Assembly (NCBI GenBank): GCA_030704615.1
Contig: CM060731.1
Coordinates: forward strand, 78,244,001-78,308,000
From: Takakia lepidozioides
Taxonomy: Eukaryota; Plantae; Bryophyta
Direction: 5' to 3'
Length of the DNA stretch: 64,000 nt
A program made the translations under genes and the position numbers. Shown here in pieces: positions 24,446-37,606 of this stretch. Each line of letters begins with the position of its first letter. The stretch's first letter is position 1. The notes under the pieces are model-generated. The model saw only the letters and a list, made by a program, of their open reading frames with translations, did not search any database and was not told where the DNA came from.

Positions 24446-27340
24446 CTATTGTAACTTAGCACGAACTAAATAGGAACGTAAATTCCTCGTTTTTTTCCAA
24501 CAAACCATAGGTTTGTCATAAGATGCTAGCTGCGGAACTTTCAAAAGATGCTCATGCAGTTTAGGGTTTAGGACTCCCCCAAGGTTTAGAGCTTTGAGTA
24601 TATCGAGAATGCTCAAGTTTCAAAACCAAGGGGGCCCGCTTACCCATCAACTTACGAGTGGATTCTGAAGCTAACAGTGTAGCACATTGTGCGTAGTCAC
24701 ATAGACTAAAACACTCTAAGATAAAAGACTTTGGATAGCCTCGAGCACGCAGTCGTTCATAGAACAGTCGTCTGATCTCTGAAAAACCTGCACATGTGCT
24801 TTCTCTCAAAGTGTATCGGCGTAGCTCACCAATGATGAATGCTCGTTTTTGGTGTCACGGATGACAAGACGTCCATGGCAAGTACTGATATCTGTTGAGT
24901 GCCTTCTGATGACATCTCGAAGATAAAATCCCACTATTGACAAAATCAGCTCCCTTGAAGAATTGAATATCAAGAATGTCAACAGTAGAGTCAGATATCA
25001 CCCTTTGAATGCGAATTGTGGGATTGAGAGAGTTGTATCGATCGAGCCAAGTCTCCAAACTTGCCCGAGATCCTTCCCAGATTCCAAATCCGTCATCGAT
25101 GTATCTCTTGTAGTACAAATGCCATATACCTCTTGTTGCGCAAGCCAACTCTCTTTCTAAGCTCCAAAGAAAGAGATAAGCATACACAACAGCAAAATTG
25201 CTACCCATTGCAGTGCGTCGGATTTGATGCCAATAGCTCGAGCCAAATTGAAGATAGTTGTTCTCCAAGACCATGTGAGAAAGACTCATGACGAGTCCTA
25301 CCTCTTGCTGCGCAAACCAACTCTTTTTTTAAGCTGCAAAGAAAGAGACAAGCATACACAACAGTAAAATTGCTACCCATTGCAGTGCCTCGGATTTGAT
25401 GGCAATAGCTCGAGCCAAATTGAAGATAGCTATTCTCCAAGACCATGTGAGAAAGACTCATGACGAGTCCTTCAAACCGGGGTGACTTGAGCTTGCCGGT
25501 AATCATGTCCTTCAATCGTCGAAGCCCGTCCCCAGTAGGAATGCTAGGGTACAATGACTCCACATCAAAGGTGAATAGAAACACATCTCGAGGAAGTTGT
25601 CTACTCGACAGATCTTTCAACAAAGAAATTGAATCTATCAAATGATTACGTTCTTGAAGCAAAATATGAAACAAATGGTAATGTAACCACTTGGATGCGT
25701 GCTCAAAAAGGTACCCATTGTACGAACAAATTGGTCTCCCAACCACCACAGGTTTGTGCATTTTGGGCACAAGATAGAACATGCAGGGTTGGTAACCCCC
25801 TCGGGGCTTGAAAGCCAAAAAATCCTTTTCCTGCTTGTCGATTAATCCCTGCATAAAAGCAGAAATGAGCACTGCATCCAAATCATACTTGAGATTGTCC
25901 CATGGAATCTCTGCCACAGATACATAAACCTGTCCATCGTGGAGTTGGCGGTGTGCCTCATCCATGTACCAATCCTTACGCATGATCACCAACCCACGAT
26001 TTTTGTCCGCGGGGTTGATGACGATGGAGTCATCTGTAGTCACTAGCACGCATTGCAGTCTTGAGATGACCTCGAATAGAGGACTTGAAGGCAGAGCGAA
26101 CCACATCCTTGAAGCGAGCCTTTACAATGTCGCGACCGTCTGCAATGATACTTTCTAAAGCAGGAAGCCGTACACACTGATCCCAAGAAGGGTTAGGGAC
26201 TCTAAATGGAGGAATGGGTCTATCTCTAGCATCACGGGAGTGATGTCGAAGACGTAAAGATCGAGCAAAAGCCTCATAAGCATCAAGAATAGAAGTAGTA
26301 GATGGAGGAGTAGGATGTTTAATGAAGCTCAAACCTAAGCCTAAAAGCTTCTTTTCAAAACAAGAGAGTGGTCGATTGGCCATGTTGTGGATGGCCACAT
26401 TGGTTAACCTATTCTCTACCTGAGAGACTCTCTTGCCAGAGAAAAGAAAAAGCTTATAGGCCTCTACATCCTTCAACGGCCACCAAAACAGCTTGCGGGC
26501 TCTTTTCGATTTGATCCTACCCAAGTTACCTTCTTTTTGGGCTTCTGTTGTGGGCTTTGCCCCGACTTTTGTTTGCCAAAACCATGAGGGGTCTGAGAAT
26601 GCAGGGCGGATTTGCTCGGAGAAGAGAAACGCGATGCAGCGGAACGGATGCGAGCAATCCCACTCCGCTGCTGTCCATTTCCCTGTTGCTTGAAAGAACT
26701 TGCTTTGGAATTTGGTGAAGTGTCTCTTGTAGGTTGAGCCTTAGGAGGTTGACAGCAATTGAGCGGCCATGTTGTCGTTGCTTCTGACGGTTAGGAGAAG
26801 GAGAACGCGGTCGTTGTTTAGGGGAGAGAGAAGAGTTATTCCCTTTGGAGGAAAATTGCTTCTGCACCTCTTTCCTAACAAGCTCGGCAATGGAAGGCTC
26901 GCACGGAAGAACATCAGCATCTGCCATGGCGGCATCCTTAGCGCGATTCTTTTCACGCAAAGCCGTTTCCCTCACAGTGGTTGCCAAGTTGTGGTTAGCA
27001 CAAAAATAAGAGATTCCAGCAAACCAAGACTTGGTGGCTTCAGTGCATACAAACTCAAGCTCCTCGAAAATCCAAATAGAGTCCTCATCTTTGTCAAGAC
27101 AAGAAGAGACGTCCACATGGGATCTGATCTCCTGGAGTCGAGCAATGAAAAGATCAAATGATTTGCTCAAAGTGGTTTCTGCTTCTGCCAACACCTCCAC
27201 ATGAGCCTTGATGAAGGCTTTTTGTAAAGTGTTATGGAAAGCAAGAGTGGCTGATTGAATGCTTGCATCAAGGGAAGGTCGAACGGCCAAAGAGGAGAAG
27301 AAATTCACAAGCTTAGGAGAAGAAATTCTACAAGCATGAG
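24446..27340 (-). mobile_element. PLE-B copy 2: ORF1 (5'-truncated) + endonuclease-less RT, disrupted; 172-bp internal tandem duplication 25127-25298/25299-25470
   Basis: ORF 26526..27308 is homologous to 38964..39920; ORFs 26030..26524, 25201..26106, 24855..25289 and 24561..24809 tile the RT. Confidence 0.92.
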
Positions 27341-27404
27341 GTTTTTCAGAGATCAGACGACTGTTCTATGAACGACTGCGTGCTCGAGGCTATCCAAAGT
27401 TTTT
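27341..27404 (+). repeat. Short inverted PLE RT fragment at the 5' truncation point of PLE-B copy 2
   Basis: GTTTTTCAGAGATCAGACGACTG...TATCCAAAGT matches 12748-12808. Confidence 0.85.
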
Positions 27405-28899
27405 ACAGCACCTGATCCTTGTGGTGGTATGAGTTTCTTAGGGTTCTGCGGCCTGAGTTTACTGATAGTGAGGTTCAAGTACTTAGAGTTTGTCGTCACC
27501 AGATCATTTGCTCCTTTTGAAGAGGAAATGATAATATTAGTTATGACTTCAGAATCCTTGGTTGATTATGATCTCAAATGCCCATGAGCAGCATATTATT
27601 TGTATGTGGAATTCTGGTTGCCGACACACTCGTTTTGGAGTAAGGGTTTTCACAAGGATTATATGCATTGCACTGCTTCTTGGAAATGTCTGCCCGTGAA
27701 CCTTTGTGGGCACTTTTCGTGCGAGGTCAGAGGGCAAGCCCTTCTGAATCTCTTGAAGCGCAGTGGTCGGTCAGATTGCGGCAGATGATGGCAGGTTTAA
27801 AGTGTTGTGTGGCCTGAAACCCTAACTCTAAACCGTCATTTTGGTAGTTCACTTGTGAGTGATTGCCGTCCTCCATCCACTTCTATTTTTATTGTGAGGG
27901 AGAGGGAGCCTTCCTTTGTGTCTCTGGAGCTCTCTTGGATTTTTTGCATCCATAACCATATCCGTAACAGTTTTGGACGGGCTCAATGGCATCCCGAGAG
28001 TATGTACAGAGTTCGGGTTTCAAATCTTCATCTGATTTTTGTTACGTCTCTGAATGTCGATGGGTTGAATGTCGATGGGTTGCCTAGGGCAGTCTGAGCC
28101 CGTTTGTTTTTATGTCTGCAATTCTGATTGTGGGCAGGCACATTTGAATTCTTGCAAGACAATTGGGCAGTTGATTGTTGAACCCGCTGCAGTTGCTGAT
28201 TTGTTCAATGATTCGTTCAATGCGTAGTTTGGAGTCAAATGTTTGCAATTTTTTCGGTTTCTTGGCTGCGTTGTGCACTCAGGGTTTCAACAGCTTCTCC
28301 CAATCCCATGTGTGATCCTGTGTTCGGTTGATACACGCAGTTTATTCATTCGATAGATCCATGTTAACAAGTAAAATATGAGGAGGGTCCTTTGAAAGAC
28401 ACGGTTGTTTGTTATTGATGTGTGGAATTGTGGTTGTGCACTACATGATAGATGCAACTCAACAACATGGGTTGGCTGTTGTGGGGATACTTCTCAAAGA
28501 TTTTGTAGCACCTACAGCATGTAGTAGGGTTTTGCTTTTCTTCCTGCTTTTGTTGCTTTTCTTTGTTTTTCTGTCTTGAGTTCAAGTAGTTTAAGCAGTC
28601 AATGAACACAAGGTCAGGTGCTTAAGGTTTGCAAATAATTTATTTATTCTGTAGGATGGAATCTGCTCAGATTCAAGATTGGATTGGATTGTAAGGAATC
28701 TCTGCATTTCAGTATGGTCTGTGATTGACCCTCATGCTTTTCTATACCTTCTCTCTTGCTTTTGTTGCTTTTCTTTGTTTTTCTGTCTTGAGTTCGAGTA
28801 GTGCAAGCAGTCAATGAACAGAAGGTCAAGTGCTTAGGGTTTGCAAATAATTTATTTATTCCATAGGATGGAATCTGCTCAGATTCAAGATAGATTGTA

Positions 28900-29735
28900 C
28901 TCATAGGACGTTGTTTGCCGTAGCCTTGTGGACATTGACCCCGCGCCCAGTTTGAGCGGGAACAAAAGGGATAGAACCTACCTCTGTTAGGGGCTGACGT
29001 TGGTAGTAAGACTTACCTTGATATATAGAATTAATCCGGGTTTTCCATATATCCTCTAGAAATCCCTTCACACAAGCTTCAATTTGCTGTAAGTGATTTG
29101 CCCAAAAACTAGGCCTCAGCAGGGCCTGGGCTTTCGGATCAGCCTCGAGACTTTCAAAGTTGGTAAACAAGGGTACAAGCACAATTCCCTTGATAGATTT
29201 GAAGATTGGTGAGAGAACCCTGGACAGTGTATCTGAAAATGAATATTGTCTTCAGATTGCCCACACAACGGGCAATTGCACTCTCCCTTTCCTCTCTGCT
29301 TCTGTTTGTTGTTCAAAGGTAGGCTTCTTGCCCTGAGTTTAAATTTCAGTCTAGTGCCGAGAGTGGGTAGACCCTTGAGGTCATCCAAGATGTCCACCCC
29401 CATGTCACTAACTGGAAACAGGTTCAGGGAAGTTTTCTGCCTAACTTCATTTTCATCAGACAATCTCATGGCAAAAGACATGGCTTTGGACACTACAGCC
29501 TCTAAGTCAGATTTATCCAGCAGGGTCAAGACTTGCGGCTCTAGGTCTAGGTCCTTGAGAATCTCTTCTACTCTTTTCTGCCAAGACTTAGCTTGTTTGA
29601 CAGGGCGGTCCTGTTTCCAAGATATAGAGTCGATTAACTTAGTATATCTGGTGTTGGGCATATCTTGCAGCTGACCCCACCATCTGACCTTGAATTCATC
29701 TCGTCGGGAGCTTAAGGACGGAATGCCAAAGATTC
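28900..29735 (-). mobile_element. 3' fragment of a non-LTR retrotransposon ORF2 (copy 2)
   Basis: Same as copy 1; CPLCGQSEDNIHFQIHC, FLEDIWKTR. Confidence 0.8.
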
Positions 29736-31796
29736 AAGATAAAACAACAATAGAACAATAGTGGAAAGAAAAGGGACAATTCTTCATGATTAGTTTGTTT
29801 CTTAGCTATGACTAGTGTTAGGGTAGTGACGTGCAGTTAACGATCTCCCTTTGAAGGTGGGGTTACTTTATTTTCATACTTGCCCTCTAGACACCCGATG
29901 ACAATGCAAATCAATATGGGGATTTGTTTGATCAAGAGGGAGTTCTGCTGCTTGGGAGCGATTCCTTGGACCCAGGAGACTATACCTTTAAGCAGGTTGA
30001 TGCTCCTTCAGCAACAGACACAAGTAAAGGCAGTGGTAAACCCTTCTCCGTGTCATCGGGGTTTTGTCATCGGGATAATTTAGGTTTCCTGTGGCGGTCT
30101 GAGTTTCTTAAGGCTCTGCGGCCTGAATTTGCTGATAGTGAGGTTTAAGTACTTAGGGTTTGTTGTCGCGCACCTCACTTCGGTAAGTTCCCCCCTCAAG
30201 TCATAGTTACTCGCTTGATGCGCGCGCCTAACTCCCAACCTGGCCGCCGGGCCAACTTGGAGCTTCGGCTGCTCACCGGGGCATAACGGTCCCCCCTATG
30301 ATCTCCCAAAGAACCCTTCACCCCTTCGGAACCAGCGGAATTCCCTTTGGTAGTTGGTAGTCCGGAACAGCTCCCCACTCTTTGGTCGCTTTTCGGCTCG
30401 CTCGTTTACTCACTAGTTTTTGGTCACCAACGGGCTTGCACCGTTCTCGGGGTTACTACTCCCTATATATACTTCTGTAGCTGTCCGCGGGGGTTTCACA
30501 AACAACCATGCCATTTTATGGCGAACCACCACAAACACCCTCGACTCCCGGTGACGAGTCGCGGTGAGTTTTGGCCAACCCACCACGGCCCCTATGGACC
30601 GTGATGAGTCCCAAGACTCCCCACGACTCCCACCACGAGGTCTCCGCCCCAGGGTGAGTCCTATGCCACCCCCACTAAGTCCGGCTAAGCTACCACCACC
30701 CCTTGTGGAGCCACCCCCACCGCAACCCGGTGTGCGGGGCTCCACCTAGTGAGCGCCTCCGCCTCTTTGAGTGCCTTGGGCACTCAAGGGTGCTTCAGCC
30801 CCTCATACCTATCGCTGCCACTGCCCCCACCACAGGGGCAGCCCCTCTTGTGTCCCGACCCTCCTGCCCTCAAGGCAAAGGCCCGCGACACACACCCCTA
30901 CCAACAGGGAGTCGATGTCCTCATCGGCTTGTCCATTTTGTGGAAACGAACATCCAAGTTGTGGCATCCCACATCAAGGAGTTTGTTTCCGTACCATGGC
31001 GTCCCATGGCAAAGAACCAAACCCCACACTTGACTCTACTCTCCACTAGCTAGTTCGGCCGACTTCCTCCAAGTCCCGGCCAAGGGTGGAGCCTCTCAAG
31101 CTCCTCCCAGTGCACTCTTCTTGGCCTACTTCCAGGCCAAGGAACGATCCTCCCCGAGGATCGAATCGCCTTACTGCAACAACATTGCTTGCGACCGCTC
31201 ATGATGCCGCTTTTGGCATCACCTTGAGCAAGGGTTCACCTCGAACCCTCTTTGACTAGGAAGATAACCTTGAACCAACCGCGCGCCCCAATCACTACAA
31301 TTGGGTCCGCCTTGGAATGCTGGCCTGAGGTACGGGAACACGCCGAAGCCGCACTACGACTTCGTCCCGAGGCTACACGATTATAGTACGTGAACGGAAG
31401 CAGGTAGCTTCCGTGTTAGCCCGCACTACAAGGCAACCCCCTCGGTAGCGCAGTTATAGTACGCGCACGCGCCAGGTGCGCACTAGCACGTGAACTCCTA
31501 AAGAAGGCGCAAGTTTCATTGCCCCTTGGATGGGAGTCACCCGATTTCGGCACTGCGCAAACACACGATTAACCCAATTTACCTCTCCCACTTTTGTAAG
31601 CTAGCATGCATCCTACACACTAGCCAACCACACCATGCATCACCATTCCAAACAAAATAGGACGCACAACATTTGGAATCCATTTCTTTTATAACAAATT
31701 TTTGTACAATACAAGTTTTTGCAATCAGATTCCTAAGCTAGCTAAGCCAGGCTAAGCATGCATTTCCTCCCCCACGCTCCAAGGTTGATGTCCCCA

Positions 31797-34700
31797 TCAA
31801 CGCTTCTTCCGCTTTTGAGGTCGCCCTTCGAAAACTGCAACCGCCTCGGATGCGTTTCCCATTTCTGAGGCATGCACCCAAGATGCCTCCACATGATGAT
31901 AGCCCTTCCATTTGACGAGATACTCCATTTCTCGGTTCTTGAACCTCCTCGACTTAAGTACTGCCTCTACCTCGTACTCAGGTTTATTTTCATGATCCAA
32001 CAGCACAGGTGGCGGACGCAACACTTGATGCCGATTCGGACGCGCTTCATCTTTGAAGTAAGGCTTCAAAAGGGAGACGTGGAATACTGGATGCACCTTG
32101 CTGTTTGCCGGCAGCTCCAATTCATACACATCCTCATTCATCACCTTCCGGATGCGAAAGGGTCCCGCATACGGAGGTACGAACTTTGGACTCACTTCCG
32201 GAGATAGTCGGAAATTCTTGATGTTCAACCAGACCTCCGTGCCTGCCTCAAACTTCACTTCCCTCCGCTTCCGATTCACCTGCCTTTCATACCGTTTCCT
32301 AGCTTTGGCAATGTTGTACTTTGCGAGCTTCAACAAATGCTCGCATTCTTCCAGTACCACCGCTACTGCCGGTTCCTCAACGTCCTGGGCGGCCCAACTT
32401 GTCGGCACCAGAGGTGCTTTTCCATAGACCAATACGAAAGGGGAAACTCCCGTTGCGGAGTGTTCTGTGTTATTATAACAGAACTATGCCTCGTCTAAGT
32501 GTTCCACCCAGTCTGTTTGGTCTGCCGACACGTAATTCCGCAAGATCTGCTTCACTACGGAATTCATTCTTTCCGTTTGGCCGTCGGTCATAGGTCGGAA
32601 GGCGATGCTCATCTTCAGCCTCGTCCCCATCTTCTTCCAAAGTGCCCTCCAAAATTTACTCGTAAACTTTGGATCGCGGTCCGAGACAATATCCTTCGGG
32701 ACTCCATGATGCTTTAAGACGTGGGCGAAGTAAAGTCAACCTGTTTCCTGCGCTGTAGCCGTCTCCTTGGTGGGGATGAAATGGCCCATTTTACTGAACC
32801 TATCCACCACCACCATGATTGCATCGAATCCTTTTGACAGCGGCATAGCAGTCATGAAATCCATCGAGACGCTTTCCCAAGTCCCCTCTGGAATCGGCAA
32901 GGGTTGTAACAGCCCCGCTTGCTTTTTGTACTCGCTCCGGTTTTGTTGGCATGTGGTGCATGTCTTGACATACTCCTCTGCCTCCTCCCTCAGTTTGGGC
33001 CAGAAATACTCTTTCTTCAAGAGTGCCGTAGTGCGCTTGGCTCCGCCGTGGCCCGCAAGCGGGCTATTATGGCATTCTCTCAAGAGGCTATCTCTGATCC
33101 CTCCCTTCGGCACGTAGAGACGCTTTTGCTTATACCGGAGCAGTCCATTTTGCAAGTGGAACTACGATTTAATCCCCATCCTCAAGTCCTGCATCACGGA
33201 CTTTGCTAGCTCATCCTTCCGGCAAGCCTTCCGGATCTTCCTTTGGAGCGTCGTCTCACCTCTGTACACCAACAGGAGCTACTGCTTTCTACTTAAAGCA
33301 TCGGCCACCACGTTGTCCCGTCCCGGTTTATACTGGCTATCCACGTCGAACACCGCCAAAGTATCTTGCCACCTAAGTTGTTTTGGGGGCAGCTTGGGCT
33401 GCGTGGCAAAATACTTCACCGTGACATTGTCCGTGAACACCTTCACTGGGTTGGAACCAACATAGTGGCGCCAAAGCTCAAGACAGTGCACCACCGCCTT
33501 CATCTCTTTCCCGTGCGTCGGCCACCGACGCTCCACTTCATTCAGTTTCTTACTTTCGTAAGCCACTGGACGTCCATCTTGCATCAATACACCCCCAATC
33601 GCGAAGTCTAACGCATCTGTATGAATCTCGAACGGACGATCGAACTCCGGGATTTTCAAGACTGGAGCTTCCGCCATCCGCTGCTTCAATTCAGCAAAAG
33701 CTTGGCCACAAAAGGTGTTCCATGCCCAGACTTTGGATTTACACAGCCACTCGAATTTGATGATAGCCGGAGCGCAGATCGATCCGGCTGAAATACTTCG
33801 CTCCTGCCAACCGATCGAAAAGGTCGTCGATCCTTGGCAAAGGGTACCAGTTTTTGATAATCACCTTATTCAAAGCCCTGTAATCAACACACATCCACAG
33901 CGTCCCATCCTTCTTGTCTGCGAATAGCACCGGGGCTCCGTAAGGTGACTTACTCGGCCGGATGTACCCCTTTGACATTAGATCTTTGAGCTGAGTCTTC
34001 AGCTCGACCAACTCTCTGTGGCTCAACCGGTAGGGTGCCTTGGCAGGCGGTTCCAATCCCGGTATCACCTCAATCTTGTGGTCAACTCCTCTTCGCGGTG
34101 GTAAGCCGCTTGGTAAATCCTCTGGCATTACATCCTGGTATTTCTCCAAAATCCCCATGATCCAATCTGGGCTCGGCTCCCCATCGCCTTCTCCCTTCAC
34201 TTCTCTAATGAAGAGCAAAAATTGGGGCTCGTGTGCCTCCTCCACGGCCCATTCCATTGCTGATAGAAGGTTTATTCGCCCTCCCACGGGTTTAGGCGTT
34301 TCCGACACTCGTAAGACCTCGCCACCATTCCCACATGGCAGCGTGACTACTCTCTTGCGGCCATCTATGACCGCTCCGGATTTGCTCATAAATGACATCC
34401 CCAAAATGAGATCCACTCCATCGATCTCGCAGATGGTGAAGTTCTCATGTCCCTCCCAACTCCCCAGTTGAAGAGGAACATCAAACGCCAACCTTGTCGC
34501 CAATTGCGGTTCTTCTTTGGCAGAACGCACCTCAATAGAGGCCCCCACATCACTTGTCGAGAGTCCCAGCTTTTGTGCCGTTGCCGGTGTCATGAAGGAG
34601 TGCGACGCTCCTATGTCCACCAACAACGACACGTTAGTTCCGGATATTATCCCATCCATGAACAATAACTGACTCCCTTTACGTAAGGCGCCAGTTTCCT

Positions 34701-35883
34701 GATACAACTCACAAGAAAATTTGCCTACCTTGCAAGTCCTGGCGACCACCGCTTCCACCGCTTCCACCAAGCGACTGATGGTATCTTTCGACAGCTCTGT
34801 GGTCACCCGAGTCATGTTCAATTGCCGGGGCTTCTTGGCCATATGCCCGGGCTCCCCGCAATTGAAACACACTCCATCAAAGGTCGCCTTCTGTCCGCCA
34901 TAGGCAGCTCCACCTGCTTTTCCTTTCGAAGTACCGGGTGCCGCCTTGACTTGTGAAGGCCCTCCCTTCGATTTCCACGTGCCATTGTCGCCGCGTGGCC
35001 TATCCCACTTCTTTTCCGGTCGGAAGGAGTCACCTTCCCGCCGGGTCTTCTTGTGGTTCAGCTCCGTACGGCCTTGTCTTTCACCCTTAGGGACATCCGA
35101 GAAACATTCAGCCCTCTCAATTGCCTCGTTCAAAGTCTTAGGTGGCTTCTCCTCCAACTTCCGCCTGGCCCATGGGCCAGTCCTGCCACAAAGTTGAAGA
35201 CCATTTTTGGTTTTGCCATGTCCGCGACTTCGAGCAACAGCACATTGAAAGCCTGACATATCCCCGAATGTCATCTGTTTTCTTCAAATTCCTCATCTTG
35301 TCCTGGGCGAGCCAGGACGCGTTGAGGGGCACAAACTGCCCTTCATCAATTCCTTGAACCCACTCCAGTTCAAGGTTTCCGGGCTTGGACCTCGGTCGTG
35401 AAGGCGTTTCTGCCACCATTGTTGAGCATAGCCCCTCAATAGGTGGGAGCCACTTCCACCCGATCCTCGTCACTTAACTTGGCCGCCCGGAAGTACTGCT
35501 CTAGCTCCAAGAGCCAGATGTTGAGTGCCTTCCGATTTCGGACGCCCTCGAAGGTGCCGGGTTCCTTAGGCTTCACCTTAAACTTTGCCTTAGTGGAAGT
35601 AGCATTAGCCGCCTTCAACACGTCTTTCAACGTCCCGCCAAATTGCGCCAACAACCCTTTCCAAAAGGCTGCCGGCATGGGAGGCATCTGTTGGTCGGTC
35701 GGAGCTCTCAGGGATTCCTCAGGCTCCGACTCCTCAAATCCCTCCCGCTCTTGAGCGGCTCATTTTCGAAAACATGCATCGCTTCTCAAACGGCCGCCTC
35801 GGTGACACGTCGCCCCCATCGGGCTCACCGGGATCATCATCTTTTGGGCCGTTCCGCTTTCGCTTTGGCTTGCCCGACCCCAT
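31797..35883 (-). pseudogene. gag-PR-RT(part)-RH-INT-chromodomain
   Basis: [35 protein letters not shown] then a jump past YxDD near 33735; HTDA, HNSPLAGH..CTTC, SMDF, GPF, HPVFHVSLLK, YEVEAVL..YLVKWKGY..ASW. Confidence 0.93.
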
Positions 35884-35924
35884 GATGAGGCCAATCCCAA
35901 GGACGATTGCGTACTGAACTCTAT

Positions 35925-35936
35925 GCTCTGATACCA
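35925..35936 (-). promoter_or_regulatory. Primer binding site (tRNA-iMet)
   Basis: TGGTATCAGAGC, 2 nt after the LTR end ...GCGCGACA. Confidence 0.95.
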
Positions 35937-36254
35937 AGTGTCGCGCACCTCACTTCGGTAAGTTCCCCCCTCAAGTCATAGTTACTCGCTTGATGCGCGC
36001 GCCTAACTCCCAACCTGGCCGCCGGGCCAACTTGGAGCTTCGACTGCTCACCGGGGCATAACGGTCCCCCCTACGATCTCCCAAAGAACCCTTCACCCCT
36101 TCGGAACCAGCGGAATTCCCTTTGGTAGTTGGCAGTCCGGAACAGCTCCCCACTCTTTGATCGCTTTCCGGCTCGCTCTGTCGAAGCACCCTTGAGTGCC
36201 CAAGGCACTCAAGGAGGCGGAGGCGCGCACTAGGTGGAGCCCTTTCAAATCCTC

Positions 36255-37585
36255 TATTCTATTCTAGTTTCCTGTCTCTTAGGATCTCTCCTTTCAGGTT
36301 TGATTCACATGATCTGGAATTTTTCCAGGGGTGCATAACTGGCCCCCCTAAAACTTGTTTGCCCGGATCGTGTTTATCTTGCACCCGGTGCATCCGCGTT
36401 GTACTGCTGCACTTGTTTTGACGCTTTATGCGAACCCTAAACTTTCTTATAGTGTTAGCTGCAACACATCTTTAATCGCCTTCACGTAATGGAGGCAGAT
36501 GTTGATCTTCATTCTTTTGACCAAGCTGCTCATTCATGTGATGAGGCAACAATACGAAGACCGAGCCGTGTTTTGTCTTGGAGGTCGGAAGGTGGGGATC
36601 GTGGTTGGACACGTTCAGGACAACACAGCTGCAGGCTTTAGCAAGACAATGGTTGCGCGATGGTCTGCGTGTGCAAAGCTCTTACGAGTTGTGCGTTCCT
36701 TTCGAAGTGTTTCAGCCCTTACGACTTTGCACAACATGCTCTAACTTCAGCATAATTGGTTGTTGCATAGTCATAAACTCACGGAGTTAGTTGTATTTGA
36801 GAGATATGCAATTGACTATTTGGATGATTTTTATTCTTGGATCTAGTTCTCTCTTGTCGAGAACTTGTTTTCATCCACTGGATGACTTTCTCCCACCGAG
36901 ACTTTTTGGACTATTCTCCGTACGAGACATCTGTTGGATGGTTTTTCTCCTCACGAGACATCCACTGGAAGATTGTCCACACGAGGCAGTTCACTCCTAG
37001 TAGTATATAAGCGGGGGGTGGGGTTTGTATCTCATTCCTTTTCTTTCCCACTGAGGAGCTCACGCGCTGAGCGAAACTAGTCTGGGGTCTATAAAGATTT
37101 GGCTTCACTACTTTGCATGATCTTGCCTCGTGGTCTCACCCTTTGAAGTTGTCGAGTTTTAGATGCGTTTGTATCCCCTGCTTTAGATCATTGCATTGTT
37201 ATGTGCTCTGTGTCTATACGGCATGCCATAAACTCCCTTTCGAGTAGTGCATGTGAGATCTGCATCTAAGTTGTTCCTAGTGTGTCCATTCTCTTGCAAA
37301 ACAGAGATAGGGTTCTTATTCTCCTGTGCATCCAGTGAAATAGTTCTCATACGTACATCTTGCATAGGTTTGCAGTTGCATTTCAGGACACCTCGCATAC
37401 TTCTATTCTAGTTTCCTGTCTCTCAGGATCTCTCTTTTCAGGTTTGATTCACAGGATCTGAAATTTTTCCAGGGGTGCATAACTGGCCCCCCTAAAATTT
37501 GTTTGCCCGGATCGTGTTTATCTTGCACCCGGTGCATCCGCGTTGTACAGCTGCACTTATTTTGACGCTTTATGCGAACCCTAAA
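36255..37585 (+). mobile_element. Non-autonomous PLE-related unit (~1.15 kb period), partial tandem ending in CCCTAAA
   Basis: Near-identical to 42903-44714; shares TATA, hammerhead and 3' motifs with the PLE-A pLTR; no RT. Confidence 0.85.
37047..37086 (+). ncRNA. Minimal type I hammerhead ribozyme
   Basis: CCCA-CTGAGGA-GCTCA cgcgc TGAGC-GAA-ACTAGT-C^TGGG. Confidence 0.88.
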
Positions 37586-37606
37586 CCCTAAACCCTAAAC
37601 CCTAAA
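37577..37606 (+). repeat. Telomeric run (CCCTAAA)4
   Basis: Direct reading. Confidence 0.95.

Larger units (their letters stand above)
30164..36242 (-). mobile_element. Chromovirus (gypsy with chromodomain); degenerate, RT mostly deleted, 5' LTR truncated and rearranged
   Basis: 3' LTR 30164-30890, PPT 30891-30903, gag-pol 35883 to 31797, PBS 35925-35936, 5' LTR piece 35939-36178 plus an inverted LTR piece ~36184-36242. Confidence 0.95.

Noticed and set aside
36499-36744. Protein-coding ORF in the mini-unit (MLIFILLTK...)
   Set aside because: Short, non-ATG start, C-terminus frameshifted between copies, no recognisable domain.
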